Shown here: positions 15,401 through 27,524 of the stretch, piece after piece
How positions within the stretch are numbered: the stretch's first letter is position 1
How the letters are laid out: every line of letters begins with the position of its first letter
Source: Balanoglossus misakiensis
Lineage: Eukaryota > Animalia > Hemichordata
Reading direction: 5' to 3'
Length of the DNA: 64,000 nucleotides
Assembly: GCA_040954595.2 (NCBI GenBank)
Contig: CM082580.2
Coordinates: 6,641,519-6,705,518, forward strand
Made by a program: the position numbers and the translations under genes
The notes under the pieces: model-generated
The model's input: the letters and a program-made list of their open reading frames with translations, nothing else
Database searches by the model: none
Told to the model about the DNA's origin: nothing

Positions 15401-18400
15401 GTACGTAAAACAGTTACCACTTCGATTTCATCTTTTATAGCTGAATTTAATTCATATTTCGAGTAAACAGTACACAATTTACAGAAATTTCAAACAAACA
15501 CTAAAAGTATTTTCTGTTTATTGATTTTTCTTGCAGCTTCGCATGTTTTATCACATGTATGGCCGGAACATAGGCAAACTGACTATCTACACCCGTATCT
15601 ATTACAATTCCAACCAAGGGCAGACTGTCGTGTGGGAGCAGGATGGTGAGGTGGGACCGTACTGGGGCAAGGCAGATGCCACTTTCTACATGACCACTGA
15701 TTTCCAGGTAAAGTGCACACTGAGAGTTATGATGTGTTCTGTTCTGTTGTCCGTGTTGCCTTGTAGAATCAAAACACTTCATTGCAGAAAACATTTGAAC
15801 TTTCTCTGTCAGTCACTGCTACATTCATTGGCCACTTGGAGTATTGAAAAGTTTGTACATGTCTGAATTATTAATTTGATTGAGTCGTTATTCTTTGTTC
15901 TCCATTGAACCCACCCTAGGTCTGTTTCGTGTGCCTTTCTGTGATTTCCACATTATTTCCGCTTTTCAAATAATATTCTGTATGGGTGACGTAAATGTCC
16001 AACTGCTTGATTGCAGATTGTCATTGAGGCCACGGCTGGTGACTACTACTATGGAGACATTGCCATAGACGATGTGACTCTGACACCAGACTGTTTGCCC
16101 AGAACAAGCGGTGGTGAGTGCAATGTTACGAAGTTGTTTGTACCCAGCATGACCCCTGAAAGTTCAGATTTGTTGGCTGAACTTTCCTCCATATAATGTT
16201 ATTGAATTGAATTTGCTCTATCAGACCTGTAATGTGCATGGTCTCTTCAGTTGGATAGATGTGTTCTTCAGGCTCGGTGCAACTGTAACATTGCAATGTT
16301 TTCCATCTATAGAACACTGATATCTTATATATATGTGTGTAATTGTTACTAGTTAAGTTTTTTTATGGAAGAAATTGGCTGGTTTGGTCTGGTTATGTAG
16401 ATCATGGGTGCATCGCAATTTTGTAATTAAATTTAATTGGAGGTGTAATTCTCTTGTTGTGTTCTCTTGTTACAGGTAACCTACCGAACGCCCCTCCAAC
16501 CACACCACCACCCATTCCACCGTCTCCCACCCCACATCCATCCTGTAGTCCAACTGAATTCTACTGCAATGCCGACAGTAGGTGCATAGCATCAGAGCTC
16601 GTCTGTAACTTCCGTAGTGACTGCTCCGATGGGGAGGAAGAAATTTCCAAATGTAGTAAGTGGGCATTTTCTTCATTTATCCTGTTTTGATAAAACACAT
16701 GATTAGTGTTTTGGTTAATTGATTGATTGCCTTATTGATTTATTGATTGATTGATTGTTTGACTGATTGAGTGCCTGAGTAAGCTGGGGAGTGAGTAATT
16801 AATTAATTAATTAATTTTTTATTTATTTATTGACTTATTGATTTATTGTTTGATTGATTGATTGACTGACTGAATGTCTATCTGCCTGCCTATACTATGG
16901 TGAAAAGTTTTATTGCACGAGTATTATCACAACCTCTTTTTTTTATCTTTTCAGTGTCTTCCAACTGTAACTTTGAAGATGATTCCTGCGGTTGGCTGGG
17001 AGTGTACGTGCCGAGCAGCAGAAAACGCCAAGCGCCCGAGATCCCCAAATTCAAGTGGGACCGACAGCAGGGAAACACCCGGAAGCCGAACGACTTCAGA
17101 CCGCCCGTGGATCACACCTCAGGCACAGGAACGGGATATTACCTGTTCGCCGACAACTCTCCCGGTCAGTACAGAGACACGGCGGTCATGAGGACCCCGA
17201 TGATCGGCCAGACGGGACCCAACTGCCAGCTGGAGTTCTACTACCACATGGGCGGAACCAACGTGGGGTCCTTGCAGGTGCTCACTCTCTTCGGAAGTGA
17301 CAACAGCACCAAGTTCAGCATCAGTGGCACCCAGGGCGACGACTGGAACAAAGGGCAGGTTTTCATCGGTTCAGGACAGAACTTTCAGGTAATGAGTATT
17401 GCCATTTATGGAGTAGTACGGTACAGTTTGGACCAGAAAAAAATGACAAGTTTATTTTTGCAGGGAAAAATGTCCAAATACATAATATTTATGGATGATG
17501 GAAATAAAAGAAATTGTACTAGGAAAAAGTGATTGTCACAGTCTGTTTCTGTGCTTTCTGTTAGTCAATAATGCAAGTTGTTTTTCTTCCATTACACAGA
17601 TACTCATCCAAGCCACTCGCGGCTCCACCTATTATGGTGATGAGTGCCTTGATGATATTAAGTTTGTTGACTGTGCCCCACCAGGTATGATTTTTTACAT
17701 TATGTATATCACTATACCGTACATAATATTGGGGTGTGCCTAATGAAAGAATTATTATCTGAACACAACCCATGTGAGCTTAATTTTAAAAATATATGAG
17801 AAAATAGTGCATTGGTTAACTTTTCAATCCACTATACACATGTATTTTATTATTTCCAGTTATCACTGGAGAAGATTGTGAGACTTCTGAATTCCGTTGT
17901 GGCAATACATACTGCATCGATAAAGCCAAGGTTTGCAATTTTGTGGACGACTGCATGGATTACACTGATGAGGACCACTGCAGTGAGTATTACACGGATT
18001 GAAGCTTCGGGTTCCTAGTACCGGAATAACCTTTCCTCATATTGGATCATTTGTGTTCGCTTTTAATAATGACAACAAGTAAATGAAATAGTGAGGAACA
18101 ATGAAATAATTAGTTGCAAACTACATAATATTTGCTTGATAATATCTTTGAATAAATTATATTTGAAATGCATCTGTTTCAGATACTTTGGCAGGGCGGT
18201 GTGACTTTGAACTTGACTTTTGCTCATGGAAGCAAGAACTGACCGATGTGTTTAACTGGATGCTGTACAAAGGAGGTACGGCATCAGTTGGTACTGGACC
18301 TGATACAGACCACACTACACGAAGCGAAAAAGGTATGTAACACATCACCAAGATTGAGCTTTGCATTAAAGGGAAAAAGTCACATACTGTATGGTTTATT

Positions 18401-21400
18401 TTGTTTATTTTAGTATTTGAATGTGTAATTGTGCTGTTCACAGAAATATACTGTATATGCTCTATGTCTGCCGGTTGCTGCAAGTCAACTGACACACCCT
18501 GTAGTACATGGGCCTATTACCATCTGAATACTACCAATCCTTGTTTCAAAAATGTGAGAATCATTGAATCAAAATTTACAGTTGTAACATTTTGGTGTCT
18601 TTTTCTGTGTTTTTTTTTCTGTAGGTCATTATGCGTACATAGAAACCTCCTATCCACGCAGACAGTTTGACATCGCACGCCTGGCCAGCACTACACTGAA
18701 AGGAACGACAAGCAGCACCAACTGCAGGGTGAGTTTTAACTTTTGGTGATGTATGCAAAACTGAATATTGTCAATTGAGCTGCCGATGAGGCCATTGACT
18801 TTGACCTTGGGAATATTATTTTAGGAATCATGCTCTTTCATATAAGCAGTAGACTCTTCACAATCATGGTCAAGGTAGTCTTTTCCAAACACGTGTGGAT
18901 ACTATGTGGAATTTTCCTCCCCCCTCCCCCTAAAAAACAAGCAAAAAACAACTACGCTCACTCATTCACAATCTTGATTCTGCAGATAAAGCTGTGGTAC
19001 CACATGGTCGGAGCAGACATCGGCTCGCTGGCCATTCTCATCAGGACCACGTACGAGAACGACAATCTGCAGGTGGTCAAGAACATCACCGGTGAACAGG
19101 GCAACTTCTGGTATGCCATGGACGAGTTGCTGGACTCCGGCGGTCAAGATTTCAAGGTGGGTGAACTGCTGCCATTGGACATTTTTCGCACTTTTCTGTT
19201 TGATTTTCTTTAGATGCTGATTTGTGGATTTGGATGGTTTTCCTTCTACCCAAACACAACATATTTTACAGCATTCAGAAAGTTTTGTTGGTGTAATAAT
19301 TTTGAGTGAAACCAACAAAATGATAAAAACTTGCATGGCATTTATTTGTATGTTAATATTGATATTAACAACAAAATAAATGATTGAAGCTGGTTGACAT
19401 ACGCTAAAATGAACATATTTCACCTACAGGTTGTGATTGAAGGAATGTCTGGGAACAGTTACCGTGGCGACATCGCCATCGACGACGTCACCTTCACCGA
19501 GCAGTGTCTGAGCGGTGGCTCCATCCCCGGAGAGGACGACGCCTCCAAGCCCCCGCACGACACCTGCGACGATGACCCGACCAAATTCCAGTGCGATTCC
19601 GGAGACACCTGTTTCTCCGGGTGGCAACGGTGCAACTTCATCGAGGATTGTGTTGATCGTACGGATGAGTCGGACTGTGGTGAGTTTCAGTCTGTGGGAA
19701 TGCATGGTTGCTTGTGGCTGATAATTTATATGTTTGTACTTAGCTTTTATTACCTGGGACAGCAATCCTGTGTAAAGTAATTAATGTGATGTCAGAAGAC
19801 ATCATATTGTACATGCAACTTTAATCTAATCTTTTTGCACCACACAAATACACACACACACACATATATACTTAGCTATTGTAGATTTAAACATCATGAT
19901 ACTTTTGTTGCGTAGAGTCCATGCAAAAGCTGTGTGTATCTTAAGCTGCGGATAAAAGTAGTCATGCATGCATGGCACCATTAATAAATGCTATTTTCAG
20001 AATAAGCATCGCACCACATTTCTGCCTTATATACCGCTTGTGCTCTGAAGATGCAAAATCCGTGCTGCTAGTTGTTTTTTTTGCATGCCGAGTCGACAGC
20101 ATCCATGCCTGCAATCTCTGCTGCATACAAATGCTTGCTTTGCACGCATAAGCCTGCTATACCTGCAGTTGCATTTTTGATGAAACATTCGTGAAAAAGC
20201 ATGAGGTAAGTTTTTTCAGCATTAAATCTCTGTAGTTAAATTCACTTGTATGTGTGTAAATGTTCAAATCATAAGATGCTTTTGTTGTGAAATTAGGTCT
20301 CTCATGATCCTGCGGTAATTTATTAACTCTTGCAAACTTGCTACACCTACATGTATAACTTATAGTAAATCTTTTTTTTTCAATGAACCTCCCTCCTTAA
20401 CATTATATTATATTTTTACCAAGTCTCTTTTTCAACACACCAATATATATCAAATTAAGTTTTTCCCCTCACTCTCACTCTCCCCAGGCACTTCCTGCAA
20501 CTTTGAGTCCGGTCAGTGTGGTTGGAGAAATTCTGTAACCGATAGTTTCAACTGGACAATGGGACAGGGCCCGTCCTGGACAACATGGACAGGGCCTAAC
20601 ACAGACCACACTCTTGGAAATGCCCAAGGTAAATTTTCTGATATTTCATGTTATGACAAAGAGATTTGAACCTGCGTTTCACTGTAAGAGAACATTTTTT
20701 TGTAATTGCATATCGATAAGAGAGTTTTACAATGCATTTTGCAATTTGTTTTCCAGGTCACTTTCTGTTTTTGAAGAGCAACACGCCGTACATGTACACC
20801 GGCTACAAAGCGCATTTATTATCGCTGGCCTACCAGCACAGCAGTCCCAACTGCAAGCTGGAGTTCTGGTACCACATGTACGGCCGCTACATGGGTTCCA
20901 TGTCGGTCAAACTCAAGTACGGGAACCACCAGTCGAAAAACCTGTGGACGCTGGTCGGAGAGCAAGGCAACGCGTGGAAGAAAGCTTCGGTGGACATCGG
21001 TCAGTGGGAGGAGTTCTCATTGGTCATCGAAGCCGAGCGCGGCATCAGTATCTACAGTGACATGGCCATTGACGACCTCAAGTTTATCAATTGCGGAGAC
21101 AGTAAGTTTTTCATCAGATTTTTTCAAACACAGTGCAGGCTTTTAATTCCTCCCCATGTAAATGGAACCATCCAACCTATTCAAAATAATAGGACTGTAC
21201 CACATTTTTGTAGTGAAAAGGGTTTAATTGACAGATACTGAACCAGAATCCATTTATTTGCATGGCTTCACACAATTGTTCACAGTGCAAGAACACAACC
21301 ATACTGAATATACATGTGCACAGTTTATACCTGCAGTGGGTATGTGTGGTGTTTCAGAGTGTTCAAATTCATGGCAGACGAAATCAACACTGACTGTTAT

Positions 21401-24400
21401 GCTTTTTCACAGGCACTTATGACAGGCCGTGTGGCGTGGGCACCGAGTTTCGGTGCGTTACAGACAAACGTTGCGTGCCAATCTATCAGTACTGCGACTA
21501 TAAGAAGGACTGCAACGATGGCTCTGATGAAGACAAGTGTGGTGAGTTATTGGCAAAAATTCAGTTTTCGAGGAAAATGCTTCGTATACGTAAGAACTAG
21601 GAGGTGTGAAGTTTTGCTGTGGATTCGCTGTTTATAAAATTCACAGTTGAACAGGGGATTTTGTAAAAATTTTAAGACAGTAACGTGTACACCAAAACAT
21701 TCACCATTTTTCTCTCCACCAGTTGTGAAACCGGGCGATTGCCACTGTGATAATCCAACACCCTCCTGCGACTGGGAGCAGTACGATGACGATGAATTTG
21801 ATTGGAGCATTGGAAAGAAAACACCCAGCAACTCTTCGGGTGCACCTGTAGACCATACAACAGGCAATGCCTCCAGTAACAGTAAGTGATTTCACCTCTT
21901 GTGTCATACAATATCAAAGATAGAAATTTGGTGACTGCATAAAAGTACAAGACTTTACCCTGCCTAGAATATCGAAGATTCTGTCGTCATTCTATTTAGT
22001 AGGTGATTGCATAAAATATTAAAGTCAACACAGCCAATCATCAGCCTTTCCGCATCCACAGTATTTGCCAGATTGTTGATTTGCTAGCTGTACATTTCTT
22101 TCTCTCTCTATGCAATCTCTGAGATGCTGATGACTCTGTCTTTCAATCGACAGGTAACTTCTACTTTGTGGACAGCACCACTCAGTCAGAAAGCTACATG
22201 GCGCGAATCGCAACACCCACATATGCAATGTTTCCAGCCAGTAAGAACCTGTGTACCATCAGGTTCTTTTATCACATGTACTCCAAGATCGACGGAATGG
22301 GAACTCTGAAAGTAAGTCTGTACTCGCTATTGTGAATTTTGAACTTTGTCAAAGGTCACCCAAATGAAAATCTGCGATTGGGTAGATCACAATTTTCCGT
22401 GTAAACTGTGAACATGTATGCTCCCTGAGATATAGGCCACTTTCTCTCCATTCATACATGTACCTTTAATAAACATCATGTTAACATTTTCAGGTGTACA
22501 CCGAGTCCAAAACGGACAACAATCAACGACTGCTGATGTGGCATCGCAGTGGTAACCAAGGAAACCAGTGGAATTACGCCAACGTTGTGATTGGCAATCC
22601 CCATGACTACAAGGTAGTGTTCGAAGCCATCATGGGGGAAAAATATGCGTCGGACATTGCCATTGACGATATTACATTTACAGCATCCTGCGCAAATCCA
22701 GGTACGTGCTTTGTTGATTTTTTTCATTTTTCAATTCATCTTATTTTTATTCAAAAGAAAATTTTGGTATGATAAGATTTTAAATAGTTTTTTCTTGTAA
22801 TTTTTTTTATTTCATAGACAACAGCACCCAACTTCCACCAGGCCTGTGTGAACGCAATCAGTTTTACTGCGTGGGCGATAATCTTTGCATTCCACAGTCA
22901 TGGGTTAATGACGGTAACATCGACTGTCCAGTGGATTGCTATGACGAAGAGCAGTATAGATTTCAGTGTGGTGAGTTATTCGGATTCCGGGGTGCAACAA
23001 CAATAATGGTGGTAGTTATAATTGCTGGACAGAACAATAGTTAGGTGGTTTGGTTGCATGTCATTCAGTTTTAAGGGCAGCTTATATGTCATAGCTAAAC
23101 ACAGATTCATCAATTAAATATAGCTGTGAACAGCAATAAGCGGGTTTCGAGACACTACTAGCCCTATTGGTTCGCCTGGAGATAGATTGGTGCATATTTA
23201 ATTACTGCATTAGTTGTTCTATCACTCCAAATGCCAAGGGTGTATGTGCTGTGGATGCTGAGATGTGGAAAAGTAGGTCAAAGGTCACGTGAGGTCACGC
23301 TTAATATGAGCAGAAAATGTTTACGCTATACTGGTCCATGTCAAACAAAAACCAGACCTGTAGCCCTACTGGTTTGCCTGGAATTAGGTATGCACATAAT
23401 TAATGAGTTAGGCAGGTGTCACAGGTGACTCTAAAATTTGGCTTCTTATTTTGGTCCCGTCCACCCAAACACCTAAGCTGTACCTGCTCTGGATGCCGAG
23501 ATATGTGAAAGTAGGTCAAAGGTCACCCAAGGACATCCAAAGTTTGGGAAAAAAAATTGTCCCCATACTGGTCCATGTCCGACAAAAACCAGACCTGTGG
23601 CCCTATTGGGTTGCCTGGAATTAGGTATGCACATAGTTAATGAGTTAAGCAGGTGTCACAGGTGAGCCTTAAATTTGGCTTCTTATTTTGGTCCCGTCCA
23701 CCCAAACACCTAAGCTGTACCTGCTCTGGATGCCGAGATATGTGAAAGTAGGTCAAAGGTCACCCAAGGACATCCAAAGTTTGGGAAAAAAATTGTCCCC
23801 ATACTGGTCCATGTCCGACAAAAACCAGACCTGTAGCCCTATTGGTTTGCCTGGAATTAGGTATGCACATAGTTAATGAGTTAAGCAGGTGTCACAGGTG
23901 AGCCTTAAATTTGGCTTCTTATTTTGGTCCCATCCACCCAAACACCTAAGCTGTACCTGCTCTGGATGCTGAGGTATGCGAAAGTAGGTCAAAGGTCACC
24001 CAAGGTCACCCAAAATTTGGGGGAAAAATTTGACCCCATACTGGTCCATGTCCGACAAAAACCAGACCTGTAGCCCTATTGGTTTGCCTGGAATTAGGTA
24101 TGTACATAGTTAATGAGTTAAGCAGGTGTCACAGGTGAGCCTTAAATTTGGCTTCTTATTTTGGTCCCATCCACCCAAACACCTAAGCTGTATCTGCTCT
24201 GGATGCTGAGATATGCGAAAGTAGGTCAAAGGTCACCCAAAATTTGGGGAAAAAATTTGACCCCATACTGGTCCATGTCCGACAAAAACCAGACCTGTAG
24301 CCCTATTGGTTTGCCTGGAATTAGGTATGCACATAATTAATGAGTTCAGCAGGTGTCACAGGTGAGCCTTAAATTTGGCTTCTTATTTTGGTCCTATGCT

Positions 24401-25003
24401 GCAGACTATTGCACCGACCAGAATTCTACAAAACTATGTGGCCATAGCTTAAGTATAGTGGAATAAGTATAGGTATAGATTTCATAAAAAAAATTAATAT
24501 AAAAAAATCGGTCGATTTTCCATATTATTTTTTCCAGTTGGAACTGATTGTCGGAAGGTAGGCTAGCTGCACACAAAATTTGAAGCTGATCAGCCCAGCG
24601 GATGTTGAGATATTGGGCATAAATCTAAAATCCTAGGGGGCCATTGCTTAACCATGGAAAGTATAGGCCAATGGCTGGGTCCAATGGTCATGGAAAATAT
24701 GAAAAATAATGCTTTAAAAATCATCTCCTCAAAATCGGCAAGGACTTAGACATTGAAATTTGGCATATAGGACCCTGGCCATATGGTCCACAAAGTTTCT
24801 GAACAGAATTTGGATTCTTCATTTTTTATGCAAATTAGACCAATTTAAAAGTTTAAATCCAAGATGGCTGCCAGGTCATGTGACCTGTTGCCATAGTGAC
24901 ATGATCAAAAAATTACTTGCTTTGAGTTTTACCTATGAGCCAAATTTCAAGTCATTGGGTGCAACGGTCTTCGAATAGCGGCTGTTTTTAAAAGTGGGAA
25001 GAA

Positions 25004-25043
<40 letters not shown>

Positions 25044-26608
25044 CAACACGATTTCAAGAGGGTTTCGAGACCCCTCTGGTCTCGAAACCCTAATGATAAA
25101 ATACTTTGTTTTTTTTATCAGAATTGGCTGCTCCTCAGATTGGTGACAGCGGACCTGCAACAAGTGAGTAGTTTTCGTTTGAAAGAAATTTTCAAACAAA
25201 GATTTCTCTTAAACTAGCAAAGAAAAAAGTGGAATCACTTCATAAACGAAAAGTTCTGAAAACTTTGAACTCAAAGCGAGGCCAATGGGGAAAGTTGACC
25301 AATCAGATCAAGGGGATTTCCCAGTCCTTTCTGTGAGTTCAAACTCATGATGGCTGCATGGGGGTGCTAGACTTATGAAAAGGGTATATTACTGTCCCCA
25401 AACATTTTCTGAAACAACCAGGGAAAAAACAAAAGTTCATGATTCATAAAATGTTCTCTCTGCAGATGTGGGTCCGATAGCTGGTGGTGTTATTGGTGGA
25501 TTGGTGGCTGCCGCTCTCATCATCTTGCTGATAGCGTTTGCAGTCAAGAAGATCAGAGACAAGTAAGTCATGCCATTTGCTCAGATCGATTTATAGGATG
25601 TCACAGAAAAATAAACACACACTGGAAATACAGCATGCACAGAAAAGACAATGCAATACACAGACAACCTTTTGTTTTCCTTTTGTTTCCCAATAAACAG
25701 TTCTGTGCACTAAAGGGGGATATTGTTTATCTGACTATAGAAGTGCTCACATGAAGTAAGATGGGTCTTTAAGAAAGTATCCCACAAAGCTAATCACATG
25801 CTTTTGCTTCTTGGCTGTGTACAGGGGCGGTGCATCTTTCAATATGCCTTCTTTTACTTTTGGAAATAAATCAGATGACAAGGTTTGTAGTCTTCAAATT
25901 GTGTTCATATACATGTAGTATACAAAATCTGGACCCCAAAACAACGGATGGGTCTTTAATATGTTGTGGAAATGGTCTTTGATTCTTTTGTGTTTCTTTC
26001 GTAAATCTGGATGAATTTTGCACCGATTTTTGAGATCTCTTGAACTTCTGCCGTGTAACATGAAAACTATTGAAATACCAATTGTACAGTTTTTTTCTCT
26101 TTGTTGAATTCTATTTTCTGGTGCATATAGGTTCGCATGAGTGAAGTGATAAAAGAAGAATTTGATTCTCCACCTGAGTTACCCGGGGTAGGTGAATTTT
26201 TTAATTGTCAATCTTGTGGTTGTATATGTACAGACCACTTCCAGTGTTGACCATCTGATTAAACAGTATGTCTCTTCTTTGTTTTCAAAAAGATTCCTGA
26301 CACACTTCAGTATATCAAAGAATTAAAAGGTTTTGAGCACTGTCAATTTTTTTCTGAAAAATCCCCCTGAGGTGCCTACTTTCCTTAAAAATAACACATT
26401 CTGCAGTAGTTGTGTATTTGACCAATAGCAGTAGCCGATAGATTATAAAATGAGTCGAAACAGCCAATCATCAACTTTGGTCCATTGACAGGGTGGCCAG
26501 GACCCATACTCTGTCGACAACCCAGTGTATGAAGGAAGTGTGGAGAGCTTTGAACCACTCCCACAACCGAAAATTCCAGCAAGTGGACCATCAGAGTCCA
26601 TGGCCTGA
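447..26608 (+). CDS. MAM and LDL-receptor class A domain type-I membrane protein (MALRD1-like), isoform using proximal C-terminal cassette A; multi-exon
   Basis: Exon 1 (447-495) encodes [16 protein letters not shown] and is followed by GTAAGT. It joins exon 3366 ([16 protein letters not shown]) to give a signal peptide. Then ~10 MAM domains (C-x-F-E...[23 protein letters not shown]) interleaved with LDLa repeats (e.g. 12791-12919, ~14370-14480, ~16540-16655, ~17860-17982, ~19560-19679). Cassette A (20488-26608) adds MAM-LDLa-MAM-LDLa, a TM exon at ~25466-25562 ([28 protein letters not shown]) and a tail ending ...YSVDNPVY...SESMA*. The GT-AG phases I checked were consistent. Confidence 0.85.
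8035..8447. mobile_element. Non-autonomous DNA transposon (MITE), TTAA-flanked, Kolobok-like termini
   Basis: TTAA at 8031-8034 and 8448-8451 flanks the terminal inverted repeats GGATGTACG...CGTACATCC. There is also an internal inverted repeat, ATAAAATATAGGGGTCACCGCGC (~8190-8212) / GCGCGGTGACCCCTATATTTTAT (~8335-8357). GG...CC ends with TTAA fit Kolobok better than piggyBac (CCC...GGG). Confidence 0.7.
13885..14064. mobile_element. 180-bp MITE with TAG...CTA termini and 9-bp TSD
   Basis: Perfect 18-bp TIR TAGACTCTCTCACAGCCC / GGGCTGTGAGAGAGTCTA, flanked by the direct repeat GTCAGTGTT at 13876-13884 and 14065-14073. Confidence 0.85.
14482..14536 (+). repeat. (GAGT)n microsatellite starting at a splice donor
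   Basis: GTGAGTGAGTGAGT... run beginning at the GTGAGT donor of an LDLa exon. Confidence 0.9.
23116..25094 (-). mobile_element. Helentron-associated non-autonomous element (HINE/DINE-1-like) with internal satellite array
   Basis: One end has the hairpin AGGGTTTCGAGACC-cctct-GGTCTCGAAACCCT (25059-25091) next to an (AAT)n run (~25005-25038). The other end has a matching subterminal GGGTTTCGAGAC (23142-23153) and a short palindrome GCTGT-GA-ACAGC (23123-23134). Tandem repeats lie between them, and no TSD was seen. Confidence 0.7.
23160..24400. repeat. Tandem array of ~227-237-bp units (about 4.3 near-identical copies plus one diverged copy)
   Basis: The motif CCCTATTGGTTTGCCTGGAATTAGGTATGCACATA recurs at ~23364, 23601, 23837, 24074 and 24301, with a diverged copy at ~23162. 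Confidence 0.9.
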
Positions 26609-27524
26609 GTGGAGTAAACATAGACGAACCACCAAATGCAATAATGGCAGGTCTGCCGTCCCGCAAGAGACGCTGCACATTGGAGGATAGAATTAACAAC
26701 CAACCAAGACTGCAATAATATTATATTTTATGTATATGTGCATTTTTATTCAGAGTTTTATTGCAATGAATACAGAGTACTACTGATTAGAAAAAATTAG
26801 TAATTTTACCATGAATTTTCCTTTTTTGATGAACTTGACGATAAACTGATTTAAAGATGTAAATTTGTGTACCATACCATTTACCCCTTTTCAAAAATTA
26901 TTGGAGCATCCCTCGTCCAAAAACTGAAGTTGGTCAGAATAAACAGAGTAAACAGTCACATAAATGGTGTCCCCATTTTGGAAACTTGAATGTCATGTTG
27001 ATATAACTTTGCAAAAACAAGCTCTCGAACTTCACTCAGATCTATACTCTGCAGAAAGAAAAGTTAGATTTTCGGCTTTTTGTAAATTTTGGTGAAGGAG
27101 GGTTTCAATATGACATTCACTGAAAAAAAATGTGTGATATTTTATAGAAACTTTTTGGCAGATCAGTAATAATTTCTTGTCCATGTTTGGGAATATTTGT
27201 TTGTATCTTTCAAGATAAATAAACTTTGTCGAAGCAAAACTACTTCTAGTCTGACTGTTTGTTGTTGTTGTTGTTATGTGTGTGTGTACATGCATACATA
27301 CTCTGAGCAGGAACATGTGTTGCCAATATCTGGACAGGTAGGTCAGTTGCCATGGTAATCTGTTTCAATATGTTGCCATGATAACAATTGATCTTGATGA
27401 ATTTTTAAGTACAATGTAACTAATTAATTTGCTTTGCTTATCATAGCTGCTGTTCAAATATAAAATCAATGTCTTTTTTTCAATTTTTTTTTCTGAAATT
27501 AATACCCGTTTTATTTCTTCCTAG

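Noticed and set aside
23160-24400. Regular repeats as a CRISPR array
   Set aside because: Units are ~236-bp full-length tandem copies with no unique spacers, in a eukaryotic intron with no cas genes.
27241-27345. Possible independent first exon for cassette B (ATGTGT...GACAG|GTAGGT)
   Set aside because: The encoded peptide is not a signal peptide, and the frame I read gives a phase-2 donor, incompatible with B's phase-1 acceptor.
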